Made by a program: the position numbers and the translations under genes
Notes under the pieces: generated by a model
Told to the model about the DNA's origin: nothing
What the model saw: the letters and a program-made list of their open reading frames with translations, nothing else
Databases searched by the model: none
Source: Actinomycetota bacterium
GTDB taxonomy: Bacteria > Actinomycetota > Actinomycetes > S36-B12
Assembly (NCBI GenBank): GCA_016870515.1
Contig: VGBL01000002.1
Location: 133,506 to 197,505, forward strand
DNA: 64,000 nucleotides
Direction of reading: 5' to 3'
Part shown: in pieces, positions 20,574 through 29,958 of the stretch
Position numbering within the stretch: position 1 is the stretch's first letter
Layout of the letters: the number at the start of each line of letters is the position of its first letter

Positions 20574-20849
20574 ATGTCAACCAAGGAGCACGAGCATCGC
20601 GCTCATCCCGTGCTGCACATCGCAGCTCCGTTCGTCGTGCTCGGCACCACTTGGGCAGCGCGCCAGATTCTGAAGAAGGGTTACAAATCTGTGACCGGCA
20701 ATGCTGCACCCGACCCCGAGGATCCGTCAGTCAGCTTTGGCAAGGCGCTCGCCTGGGCGCTGCTGATAGCGGGCGCAGCAACCGTGATCGAGATGGTCAT
20801 CTACCGTGCGGCGAGCCGAGTCTCCCCGGCTCAGGCGGAACGAAGCTAG
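20574..20849 (+). CDS. DUF4235 domain-containing protein
   Basis: ATG 20574, in frame within ORF 20457..20849. 91 aa. VLGTTWAARQILKKGYKSVTG...ALAWALLIAGAA pattern. Confidence 0.65.
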   Translation: MSTKEHEHRAHPVLHIAAPFVVLGTTWAARQILKKGYKSVTGNAAPDPEDPSVSFGKALAWALLIAGAATVIEMVIYRAASRVSPAQAERS

Positions 20850-20857
20850 CAACCTAT

Positions 20858-21154
20858 TCAGGCGCACTCGCGGCACACCGGGCCGCCCTTGCCTTCGTGG
20901 TCGAGCTGGCTGCGGTGGTGCACTAGGAAGCATACGCTGCAGGTGAATTCGTCCGCCTGCCGAGGCAGGACGCGCACCGTGAGGCTCTCATCTGACAGAT
21001 CCGCCCCGGGAAGCTCGAGGGTCTCGGCGAACTCAGCCTCGTCGACATCCACCGTCGAGGCGCCCTTGTCGGCGCGACGCGCCTTCAACTCCTCGAGGCT
21101 GTCCTCAGCAAGTTCTTCGTCGGTCTTGCGCGGAGCGTCGTAATCCGTCGCCAT
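20858..21154 (-). CDS. DUF4193 domain-containing protein
   Basis: 98 aa. MATDYDAPRKTDEE...EFTCSVCFLVHHRSQL...CRECA, a highly conserved actinobacterial family. Confidence 0.85.
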   Translation of the reverse strand: MATDYDAPRKTDEELAEDSLEELKARRADKGASTVDVDEAEFAETLELPGADLSDESLTVRVLPRQADEFTCSVCFLVHHRSQLDHEGKGGPVCRECA

Positions 21155-21305
21155 CGCTGCTGAATGCTCCCCGTTCCCTGCGCCCGGCGCCGGGCGAGTG
21201 CGCCTCCTAGGCGAGACGCCCGGTCATTGTGCCCCACCGGGCCCGCACGTGCTCCCCGGACCCCGTAGGTTCGACCGATCAGCAGTGCTTCGTCAAGGAG
21301 GCCGG

Positions 21306-21824
21306 GTGGCGATCTACTCCATCGGCGACCGGGTGCCGGCCATCGATCCCAGCGCGTTCGTCCACCCTGACGCGGTGATCATCGGCGATGTGCAGGTCGG
21401 CCCCGAGTCGTCCATCTGGCCCGGGTCGGTCCTGCGTGGAGACCATGGAGCCATTCGAGTAGGCGCTCGCACATCGATCCAGGATGGCGCGATCGTGCAC
21501 TGCACGGCCGAACTCGACACGGTGGTCGGCGACGAGTGCACGGTCGGGCACCTAGCCCACCTGGAGGGCTGCATCATCGAGTCCGGGAGCCTCGTGGGGT
21601 CCGGGACGACCGTGCTTCACCGTGCCGTCGTAAGGAAGGGCGCCATCGTCGCTGCCCAGGCCCTTGTGTCGCCCGGCACCGAAGTGCCGCCCAGAGCCCT
21701 TGCACGAGGGGTACCTGCCCGGATCGTGGACGGTGGTGCAGACCCTGAACTGCTCGCGCATGCCACGCGCACCTACGTGCACAACGCGCATTGGTACAAC
21801 GCCGAGCTACGTCGAATCGACTAG
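21306..21824 (+). CDS. Gamma-carbonic-anhydrase-like left-handed beta-helix (hexapeptide) protein
   Basis: GTG 21306, in frame within ORF 21198..21824. Hexapeptide repeats IIGDVQVG, IWPGSVLRGD, IVHC. Confidence 0.85.
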   Translation: MAIYSIGDRVPAIDPSAFVHPDAVIIGDVQVGPESSIWPGSVLRGDHGAIRVGARTSIQDGAIVHCTAELDTVVGDECTVGHLAHLEGCIIESGSLVGSGTTVLHRAVVRKGAIVAAQALVSPGTEVPPRALARGVPARIVDGGADPELLAHATRTYVHNAHWYNAELRRID

Positions 21825-22616
21825 TCCGCGTAGCACGTCACGCAGCGCCTCGTGGATGCCGGGCGCGGTGGCCAGGGTTATGTCGCCACCATCGAGGCTG
21901 GAGGGCAGGAGTCTGACAACCGCTCCGGCCTCCTCGGCGATTAATCCCCCGGCGGCCACGTCCCAGGCGTGCAGCCCGCTCTCGAAATAGGCATCGACGT
22001 AGCCTGCCCCCACCCACGCCAGGTCGATCGATGCCGCGCCCAGTCGACGGATGTCGCGAACCAGCGGCGCCACGCCCCGCAGGTCCTCTGCCTGCCGAGC
22101 GCGACGCTCACTGGAATAGGCAAAGCCCGTGGAGACCATGGCCTCGGCCAGGGTGGTGCCGCCAGACGCCAAGAGGCGACGGCGCTGTCCGCCGCGCTCC
22201 TCCCAAGCACCGAATCCGCGGGCGGCCAGGTAGCGACGGCCCAGGGCTGGCGCCTCGACGACCCCGGCCACGACGACGCCATCGCACTCCGCGGCCACGC
22301 TGACCGCCCATATCGGCAGCCCGTACAGGTAGTTGGTTGTGCCATCGATGGGGTCGAGCACCCACCGGATACCGCTCGAGCCGGCGCGCTCGCCTCCCTC
22401 CTCGCCCAAGATCCCGTCGTCGGGGCGCTGGGCGAGGATGCGGGACACCAGCAGTTCCTCCGTGGCGCGATCCATCTCCGTCACGACATCGGTGGGACTG
22501 GACTTGGTGTCGGTCACGAGGTCGTCCGGCCGCTCGTGGAGGGCCAACTCTCCGCCCGCACGCGCCACATCGAGAGCCAGAGCAAGAAGCCGAGTCGATG
22601 GGTCAGGTGATGGCAT
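21807..22616 (-). CDS. Inositol monophosphatase family protein
   Basis: Start at MPSPDP (22616). DVVTEMD, WVLDPIDGTTNY and WDVAAG motifs. Confidence 0.9.
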   Translation of the reverse strand: MPSPDPSTRLLALALDVARAGGELALHERPDDLVTDTKSSPTDVVTEMDRATEELLVSRILAQRPDDGILGEEGGERAGSSGIRWVLDPIDGTTNYLYGLPIWAVSVAAECDGVVVAGVVEAPALGRRYLAARGFGAWEERGGQRRRLLASGGTTLAEAMVSTGFAYSSERRARQAEDLRGVAPLVRDIRRLGAASIDLAWVGAGYVDAYFESGLHAWDVAAGGLIAEEAGAVVRLLPSSLDGGDITLATAPGIHEALRDVLRGLVDST

Positions 22617-22630
22617 CCCCGAAGCCTGCC

Positions 22631-23875
22631 ATGCACGGGGGTCTAACCTCAGGAGCCGTGCCGCTGATCGAGCCCTACGCGCGCATCCTGCGGCATCCCG
22701 GCGCCGCTCGATTCTCGGCGGCTGCCTTCGTGGCACGCCTGCCGATCTCCATGGTGGGTCTTGGCATCGTCCTGCTCATCAGCGCCGTCGAGGGCCGCTA
22801 CGCCGCCGCCGGGCTGGTCGCCGCCGCCTACACGCTCGCTGCGGCCTTCTTGAATCCGCTCGGGTCGCGGCTGGTCGACCGCTGGGGCCAAAGTCGCGTG
22901 GTCACCTTCCTGGTGGCCGTCAACGTGGCGATGCTCCTCCTGCTGACCATGGCGGTCTCGGCATCGTGGCCGCTCGCCGTGCTCGTGATTCTCGGTGCCG
23001 TCGGTGGTGCGACTCAGCCTGCCACCGGCGCCCTGGTGCGAGCGCGATGGGCTGCCGCGCTCGGGGCTCACCCGTCATTGCGCACTGCCTTCGCCTTCGA
23101 GAGCGTCCTCGATGAGTTCATCTTCATCATCGGGCCACCACTGGCAACATTCATCGCGGTCGCTATCGCAGCCGCGGCGCCACTGATTATGTGCGCGCTA
23201 CTCGTGGGAGTCGGCAGCCTCCTGTTGCTCGTCCAGCGTTCGAGCGAGCCCCCGTCGACTCCGAGGGGGACATCTCGCGGCGGGTCGATACTCCGCTCCC
23301 CCGGGGTGCTGGTCGTGATCACTTCCTTCGTCGCCATTGGCTTCGTGTTTGGCAGCATCGATGTCGTTACTGTCGCTGCCGCTGACGCGGAGGGGCGCCG
23401 CGCCGCCGCCGGAATCGTGCTGGGCATCTACGCCTTCGGCTCGATGCTCTCCGCTCTTGTCCTTGGCGCGCGCAGCCAGGCTCGGGCGGACTCGTCATTG
23501 CCCCGGCAGTTGCTCCTTGCCACGTTCGCCCTGGCCCTCGTGACCATTCCGCTCGTCCTGGTCTCAGGACTCGTCGCCATCGGTGCCATGGTCCTGCTCG
23601 CCGGATTGACCGTGTCCCCGGTCCTGCTCACGGGCTTCACGCTCATCGAGCGCCTGGTCTCCCCCGCGAGGCTCACCGAGGGCCTCACATGGGCGACTTC
23701 GGGCATCGGCCTGGGAGTGGCTCTCTCCGCGGCCCTTTCCGGCTGGCTGGTCGATCAGGCGGGAACCCGGGCCGGATTCGTGGTCACCGCGGTTGCCGCC
23801 CTGGTCACGCTGGCGGTCACGGCCGCGGGCTACCCGAGCCTGGTGCGGGCCCGCGGCGCCGCTCGCAGCGTTTGA
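22631..23875 (+). CDS. MFS transporter
   Basis: ATG 22631, in frame within ORF 22337..23875; the upstream part overlaps the phosphatase gene. About 12 TM segments. GSRLVDRWGQSRV loop motif. Confidence 0.85.
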   Translation: MHGGLTSGAVPLIEPYARILRHPGAARFSAAAFVARLPISMVGLGIVLLISAVEGRYAAAGLVAAAYTLAAAFLNPLGSRLVDRWGQSRVVTFLVAVNVAMLLLLTMAVSASWPLAVLVILGAVGGATQPATGALVRARWAAALGAHPSLRTAFAFESVLDEFIFIIGPPLATFIAVAIAAAAPLIMCALLVGVGSLLLLVQRSSEPPSTPRGTSRGGSILRSPGVLVVITSFVAIGFVFGSIDVVTVAAADAEGRRAAAGIVLGIYAFGSMLSALVLGARSQARADSSLPRQLLLATFALALVTIPLVLVSGLVAIGAMVLLAGLTVSPVLLTGFTLIERLVSPARLTEGLTWATSGIGLGVALSAALSGWLVDQAGTRAGFVVTAVAALVTLAVTAAGYPSLVRARGAARSV

Positions 23876-24066
23876 TCCCCGCCGCACCTAGCGGACCCCC
23901 GGGGGGAGTCGTATACGGTCATCCTCGACATCGGCCCCGCGGAAGCCTCCGCGCGGCCCCGCAGTAAAGCACCGGGGAGAACGTCCTGGACACGCTCGGT
24001 CCCAAGGAGATCCAGGCGCGGATCCGTGCCGGCGCGACGCCGGACGAGCTCGCGCACGACACTGGC

Positions 24067-24648
24067 GTGCCCCTGGACCGCATCATGCGATTCGCCGGCC
24101 CCCCACTGGCCGAACGTGCATGGACGAGTGAGCAGGCACGCGCCGCCATCTTGCGCCGAGACGACGGAGATGCCTCGCTGGGTGAGATTGTCCAGACCGC
24201 GGCGGCCAACGATGGCGTTGATGTTAACGCAGTGTCTTGGGACTCCTGGCGCCGAGATGATGGTCGCTGGGCTGTCGTGGCCGCCTACTCCGTCGACGGA
24301 AGTGACCGGGTTGCGACCTGGGTCTACGACCCGCGGGTGCGCAGCATCCATCCGGACGACGATGACTCCCGTCGCATGTCAGGCGATGACAAGGTCGTGC
24401 CACTGCATTCAGCGCGCTCGGCCTCGCGTGCCACACTTATCGTTGCGCGCGAAGAACCCGCATCCGAGGTTGACGTCATCGATCTCGTCGACATCGACGA
24501 CGAGCAGGACGCACTCATCGAGAGTGGCGAGGTTGTTGAGGTCGCCGACCTCGAGCCCACCCAGCCCGCTAAGGGCAAGAAGGGCCGTCGAGCGAGCGTG
24601 CCCAGTTGGGACGAGATCCTCTTCGGTGCCGGTCAGTCCGACGCCTAG
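24067..24648 (+). CDS. sepH: SepH-like (DUF3071) septation protein, 5'-disrupted
   Basis: MRFAGPPLAERAW...WDSWRRDDGRWAV..W.YDP...SVPSWDEILFG match the SepH pattern. The homologous HTH segment LGPKEIQARIRAGATPDELAHDTG continues upstream of the first start (GTG 24067) and reaches an in-frame TAA at 23965-23967. Confidence 0.6.
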   Translation: MPLDRIMRFAGPPLAERAWTSEQARAAILRRDDGDASLGEIVQTAAANDGVDVNAVSWDSWRRDDGRWAVVAAYSVDGSDRVATWVYDPRVRSIHPDDDDSRRMSGDDKVVPLHSARSASRATLIVAREEPASEVDVIDLVDIDDEQDALIESGEVVEVADLEPTQPAKGKKGRRASVPSWDEILFGAGQSDA

Positions 24649-24681
24649 TGCCACGGCGCTGATGCCGACGGCGAATCTCTC

Positions 24682-25836
24682 TCACTCGCGCCCGGAGAGG
24701 ACGAGCAGAGGGATGTCCATCTCCTCGGGGCTCAGCGATCCATGCTGCCCCCTCAGCGAGGAGACGACCGCGTCGACCTGATCGCTGCACAAAGCGAATC
24801 GATCTCTTGCTACGACTAGGACATCTCCCAACCGGTCGGCGTAATCGGGCTCGACATCGCCCACAAGACCCATGTCGACCATGGCTTCACGGGAGAGAAC
24901 CCACGCGCGCTCGCCAAGGGTCTCGGCCCAGGTGGCAGCCACTTCGCTGGCCGCCCCACGTCGCGCATAGACGTGACGCATGCGTGGCTCTCCCGCCAGG
25001 CGACGAACACCCTCGCTCAGCGGCCGGAGGGCATCGATGTCGATGCGGGCAGAATCCGGGCAGTCAACCATTCCGTGATCGGCCGTCACCACCAGCGCAG
25101 CATTCGAGTGGAGCATCTGGCGCATGCGGGCGACCAGGGCGTCGACGTGACGAAGCTCTTCGCGCCACGCGTCCGAGTCGACCCCGTGGATGTGGCCCGT
25201 CTTATCGAGGTCGCCCCAGTAGACGTAGGTCAGCGCCGGGCCTGATGCGGGCCGGGACGCCTCCACGAGCCGCTCGCCCACTGAATCGGCCCCCCGGTAG
25301 CCTCCCCCGCGTAGCACGGCTCTGGTCAGGCCGGATTGCGCGAACGCCCGGGGGCCCACCGAGGCAACGTCGACCCCGTACGCCGACGCAGCCTCCAGGA
25401 CCGTGGTTGCGGGCTGCACGGCCACCGGATGCGGCTCGTCGGACCAGCCGAGTGGATGAAGGATGCGGTCGATCTCGGGGAGCCAGAACGACGCCCCCAC
25501 CATTCCGTGCATTCCTGGCGCGAGACCCGTGCCCAGGCTGCCGAGTCCCACCGGCGTCGTCGAGGGAAAGCATGCCGATAGCGAACGATTCTGCGCGGCT
25601 GCGAGCGTCGGGGCAAGCTCGGCGTGATCGGCGAGTTGACGCGCGCCCAGACCATCGACGAGGCAGACGATGATGTGGCGCGCACCGGCGGTGGTCTCCG
25701 CCAGGTCGAGGCCGTCGCTGAACCCGGGCACCCCCAGCGCGGCTACGGCGGAGGGAAGCACATCGGCCAGGGTGCCGCGCCCGTAGGGCGGAGCAACGAG
25801 TGCAGCCGACGGGGGCGGCTCGCCGACGACGCTCAC
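24682..25836 (-). CDS. Alkaline phosphatase / nucleotide pyrophosphatase family protein
   Basis: GTG 25836, 5 nt after the upstream stop. VDGLGARQL, FPSTTPVGLGSLGTG and VTADHGMVD metal-site motifs. Confidence 0.85.
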   Translation of the reverse strand: MSVVGEPPPSAALVAPPYGRGTLADVLPSAVAALGVPGFSDGLDLAETTAGARHIIVCLVDGLGARQLADHAELAPTLAAAQNRSLSACFPSTTPVGLGSLGTGLAPGMHGMVGASFWLPEIDRILHPLGWSDEPHPVAVQPATTVLEAASAYGVDVASVGPRAFAQSGLTRAVLRGGGYRGADSVGERLVEASRPASGPALTYVYWGDLDKTGHIHGVDSDAWREELRHVDALVARMRQMLHSNAALVVTADHGMVDCPDSARIDIDALRPLSEGVRRLAGEPRMRHVYARRGAASEVAATWAETLGERAWVLSREAMVDMGLVGDVEPDYADRLGDVLVVARDRFALCSDQVDAVVSSLRGQHGSLSPEEMDIPLLVLSGRE

Positions 25837-25840
25837 GCGT

Positions 25841-26428
25841 CTAGCGCAGCCGCGCGGCCGTCGCCTCGGACAGCGCCGCGGCGAAGTTGAGTGCTTGCGC
25901 CACAACGTCGGCGCCGTCGGCCGCCTCCGAGACGCGCAGAGAGAGATCGTCGTTGCTCGCGGTGCCCGTGTAGCCGTGGTCCGCCTCGCACTCGGGGTCA
26001 GAGCATCCAGCGGGCTCCAGGTCTATACGACTCACAGCCCCCCAGCCAATCGTCAGAACGACCTCGCGCATCGGACCCCCCGCGAAGTGGCGTGCGGGAT
26101 TGGCGACCACGCGAGTGACGACCACGGAGTCGACCCGTTCGAGGCGGACTGCCTCCGTGGAGGCAGAGGCGTAGGGGTCGGGCGAGGTGTCATCGGGACC
26201 ACTTTCGTCGGTGTGACCCACGATGAGCCGCGTCGGGGTCAGCACCAGGACCGTGACGTGACGTCGCAGTTCATCGCGATCAAACGTGGCCTCGTGGTGT
26301 ACGACGTAGGACACAAGCGGTTCCCCCGCCAGGGCCGTCTCGAGCGCGTCTGCGACGAGGGTGGGGTAGTAGCCACTCCGCTCGATGTCCGTGCGCAGGC
26401 GCCTATGCATCGTCGAGGCGTCTGTCAT
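25841..26428 (-). CDS. Conserved actinobacterial hypothetical protein (DUF5998-like)
   Basis: 195 aa. Conserved pairing with the downstream alkaline-phosphatase-family gene. The family name is from memory only. Confidence 0.55.
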   Translation of the reverse strand: MTDASTMHRRLRTDIERSGYYPTLVADALETALAGEPLVSYVVHHEATFDRDELRRHVTVLVLTPTRLIVGHTDESGPDDTSPDPYASASTEAVRLERVDSVVVTRVVANPARHFAGGPMREVVLTIGWGAVSRIDLEPAGCSDPECEADHGYTGTASNDDLSLRVSEAADGADVVAQALNFAAALSEATAARLR

Positions 26429-26635
26429 GACGGGATCCTCCCACCCGGGCCCAGCAAAGGATCGAGCCGGGGCACTACCGTGATGGCGTGAAGTCCCGGC
26501 CTGCGCTCGCCCTTCCTGAGGCGGTCCCTGCTCCAGCCAGCGGCACGCGGACGGCAGGTCGCGCCGTTACCGGGGTGGGCGGTCGCCTGTAGGGCACGAT
26601 CGTCCACGGCAGACCCAACGACGTCCAGGAGACCC

Positions 26636-29110
26636 ATGCCCCGGCGCACGTCCTCCACCCCGCCTCGCGGCGGGTCCGGTCGGGCGTCGTCGCGCGTCGA
26701 AGGCGGCCCTGACCGGGTCATCGACATGGATGTCAACGAGGAGATGCGCTCCTCGTTCCTGGAGTACGCCTACTCGGTCATCTACTCCCGAGCCCTGCCG
26801 GATGCGCGCGATGGGCTAAAGCCGGTGCAGCGGCGAATCCTCTACCAAATGGGCGAGATGGGTCTGCGGCCCGACCGAGGGCATGTCAAGAGCGCCCGCG
26901 TGGTCGGCGAGGTGATGGGCCGGCTGCACCCCCATGGCGACTCTGCCATCTACGACGCACTGGTCCGCATGGCCCAGCCCTTCACGCTGAGGCTTCCGCT
27001 GGTAGACGGGCATGGCAATTTCGGTTCGCTCGACGACGGCCCGGCAGCTATGCGCTACACGGAGTGCCGCCTGGCACCTGCGGCCGTCGCCATGACGTCA
27101 GGGATCGACGAGGACGTCATCGACCTCGTGCCCAACTACGACGGCCGCGAGATGGAGCCGGTCGTGCTCCCGGCCGCGTTTCCGGCGCTCCTGGTCAACG
27201 GCGCCGCCGGGATTGCGGTGGGCATGGCTACCGCAATGGCCCCGCACAACCTCGGCGAGGTAACGGCTGCCGCCCGACACCTGGTCATGGATCCAACAGC
27301 CGCTACTGCAGAACTCCTGCGGTTCGTACCCGGACCCGACCTGCCGGGCGGCGGAACCATCATCGGGCTCGACGGGGTCCGCGAGGCCTACGTCACGGGC
27401 CGCGGGTCTTTTCGCATGCGGGCCACCACGCGGATTGAGCAGGTCACCCCGAGGCGCCGTGGCATCGTCGTCACGGAGCTTCCCTTCGGCGTCGGTCCTG
27501 AGCGTGTCATCGAGCGCATCAAGGAGCTTGTCTCAGGCAAAAAGGTGCAGGGCGTTTCGGACGTCGTCGACCTGACAGACGGCCAGCACGGTCTCCGACT
27601 AGTGATCGAGGTCGCGCCCTCCGTGAATCCTGAGGCGCTGCTGACCCAGCTCTACCGACAGACGCCGCTGGAGGAGGCCTTCAATATCAACGCGGTCGCC
27701 CTCGTTGACGGAGAGCCACGCACCCTCGGGCTTCGTGAACTCCTCGAGGTATTCGTTTCCCATCGACTCGCCGTCACGCGCCGGCGCAGCGACTACCGCC
27801 GCCGCCGGGCACGTGAGCGCCTCCATCTCGTGGAAGGCCTGCTCATCGCGATAGTGGACATCGACGAGGTCGTCCAGGTCATCCGCGCGAGCGATGATGC
27901 CGCCCAGGCTCGCGAACGCCTCATGAGCGTTTTCGATCTGTCCCAGGAGCAGGCGGTCTACATCCTCGACATGCCGCTGCGGCGCCTCACGAAGTTCTCG
28001 CGAATCGAACTCGATCAGGAGCGCGCCGATCTCGAGGCATCCATCGACGAACTCACTGCGATCCTCGATGACGACGCACGACTGCGCGAAGTGGTGGCAA
28101 ACGACCTCTTGGCGGTTGCCGAAGCGCACGCCACCCCTCGACGCACCGTCCTCCTCGAGGACGCTGGCACTCCCGCAGCCGCCGAGGTCCCCCTCGAGAC
28201 CGCCGACGGTCCGTGTCGAGCGCTCCTCTCCGGCACCGGCCTCCTTGCACGCACGACCGGGGCCGACGTTGGTACCGAGGGGTCGCGCACGGCCCATGAC
28301 GTGATCGTCTCGAGCACGATGAGTTCCACTCGCGGTGCCGTCGCTCTCATCACCTCGCGCGGACGAGCCCTTCGCCTGCCCGTCGTCGAACTGCCCGCGC
28401 TTCCGTCTTCCGCGCAATCACCGGCCCTCGCCGGGGGTGCCCCGCTGGGTGCGCTGGTCGATCTCGACCCAGGCGAGCGCGTGCTCGGCGTCCTGGACCT
28501 CACTGAACCGGCGGCGATCCTCCTCATCGGCACTCGCCAGGGCGTCGTCAAGCGCACGGCGCTCGTACCGCCTGGAAACAAGAATGCCTGGGATGTGATT
28601 GCCCTGGCCGACGGCGACGAGCTCGTTGGCGCCTGCGAGGCGACCGACGCTGATGACGTCGTGCTGATCTCCTCCGACGCCCAGCTCCTGACGTTCCCCG
28701 CTTCGGCGGTTCGCGTGCAAGGGCGCGGGGCTGGGGGGATGGCCGGGCTTCGCTTGGCGGCCGGCGCGACCATGATCTACTGCGGCGCAGTTGCATCCGG
28801 CGTGGCCGACGCCGAGGTCGTCACCATCGCCGGATCGCTCTCCGCCCTGCCTGGCACGGCGGCTGGATCCGTCAAGGTCAGTTGGCTCGATGAGTTCCCC
28901 GCCAAGGGGCGCGGTACCTCAGGGGTCCGTTGCCAGCGGCTGCTGCGCGGAGAAGACGCCCTCGTAACCGCATGGGCCGGCATCGGCCCCGCACGCGCTG
29001 CGAGCCCCTCGGGCCTGCCGGTTGACCTCCCGGCGGGTCACGGCAAGCGCGATGCCTCCGGAACCCCGCTGCCGACGCCCGTCGGTGCGGTGGCGGGACC
29101 GGTGCGGTGA
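26636..29110 (+). CDS. parC: DNA topoisomerase IV / gyrase subunit A paralogue
   Basis: 824 aa. [24 protein letters not shown], catalytic-Tyr region [13 protein letters not shown]-terminal beta-pinwheel repeats. Confidence 0.93.
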   Translation: MPRRTSSTPPRGGSGRASSRVEGGPDRVIDMDVNEEMRSSFLEYAYSVIYSRALPDARDGLKPVQRRILYQMGEMGLRPDRGHVKSARVVGEVMGRLHPHGDSAIYDALVRMAQPFTLRLPLVDGHGNFGSLDDGPAAMRYTECRLAPAAVAMTSGIDEDVIDLVPNYDGREMEPVVLPAAFPALLVNGAAGIAVGMATAMAPHNLGEVTAAARHLVMDPTAATAELLRFVPGPDLPGGGTIIGLDGVREAYVTGRGSFRMRATTRIEQVTPRRRGIVVTELPFGVGPERVIERIKELVSGKKVQGVSDVVDLTDGQHGLRLVIEVAPSVNPEALLTQLYRQTPLEEAFNINAVALVDGEPRTLGLRELLEVFVSHRLAVTRRRSDYRRRRARERLHLVEGLLIAIVDIDEVVQVIRASDDAAQARERLMSVFDLSQEQAVYILDMPLRRLTKFSRIELDQERADLEASIDELTAILDDDARLREVVANDLLAVAEAHATPRRTVLLEDAGTPAAAEVPLETADGPCRALLSGTGLLARTTGADVGTEGSRTAHDVIVSSTMSSTRGAVALITSRGRALRLPVVELPALPSSAQSPALAGGAPLGALVDLDPGERVLGVLDLTEPAAILLIGTRQGVVKRTALVPPGNKNAWDVIALADGDELVGACEATDADDVVLISSDAQLLTFPASAVRVQGRGAGGMAGLRLAAGATMIYCGAVASGVADAEVVTIAGSLSALPGTAAGSVKVSWLDEFPAKGRGTSGVRCQRLLRGEDALVTAWAGIGPARAASPSGLPVDLPAGHGKRDASGTPLPTPVGAVAGPVR

Positions 29111-29958
29111 CCGCGTCGCCGCCCTGCTCGGTGCTCGCCGCGCACGAGCCCCTGGCGGGCACCGCGCCGCACGCGCGTGGCTGGCTGGTCATCGAACACC
29201 CGGGTCCCTATCCCCGGGTCGCCACGGACGCTCTCGGCGAACTCGCTGAGCCGCTTCGCACGCTCTGCCGCGAGGGTGGCGTCGCCCCGCTCCTGGCGCG
29301 TCGGCCCCGCGCCGCCGGACGACGCGTATGGCTGGCCATCGACGGGCGCATGGTGACGTGGTCGCACATCGATGCCGTCGACCTCCTCAGCGTGGACTGG
29401 GAGTCCGTAGCCGCTGGTGGCGTGCCGCGAGGTGCGGCCACGTCCATCGATCCGATCCTCTTCATCTGCACCAACGGCAAGCGCGACGCCTGCTGTGCCC
29501 AGTTCGGACGTCCCGTCGCCGACGCACTCATGCATGATCACGACGACGTCCTGGAGTGTTCCCACATCGGCGGGCATCGGCTTGCGCCTACCGCCCTCCT
29601 GCTTCCCTTCGGTTCCGTGCACGGCAGGCTGACCGCGATAAGCGGCGCGCAGCTCCTCGCTGGCGCCCAGGCCGGTCGTCTCCGCGTTGAGTCGCTGCGC
29701 GGGCTCACCCACCTGCCCGCCGATCAGCAGGTCGCGGATGCTGCCGTGCGCGACGTGGGCGGCCTTGACTCCTTCGTCCGCCTTGAGGTCACGTCCACCG
29801 GTGACGACACCCGCCGCGATTGCGTGGTCGAGACTCCTGACGGACGGCGCTGGCAGGTCCGCCTCGTCAGGTCCTCAGGCGCCCCCCGCCCGGAGTCATG
29901 CGGCAAGGAGCCCGTGCCGCCCGAATGGTGGCGGGTGGACAGCATCGGACGTGCCTAG
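29107..29958 (+). CDS. Sucrase/ferredoxin-like family protein
   Basis: GTG overlaps the parC stop (GTGA). [20 protein letters not shown]...[11 protein letters not shown] Cys/His cluster typical of Suc_Fer-like thioredoxin-fold proteins. Confidence 0.8.
   Translation: MTASPPCSVLAAHEPLAGTAPHARGWLVIEHPGPYPRVATDALGELAEPLRTLCREGGVAPLLARRPRAAGRRVWLAIDGRMVTWSHIDAVDLLSVDWESVAAGGVPRGAATSIDPILFICTNGKRDACCAQFGRPVADALMHDHDDVLECSHIGGHRLAPTALLLPFGSVHGRLTAISGAQLLAGAQAGRLRVESLRGLTHLPADQQVADAAVRDVGGLDSFVRLEVTSTGDDTRRDCVVETPDGRRWQVRLVRSSGAPRPESCGKEPVPPEWWRVDSIGRA

Noticed and set aside
23830-24351. 173-aa minus-strand ORF, and 23919..24209 (-)
   Set aside because: Antisense to the sepH-like coding region, which has clear family similarity. 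No motifs.
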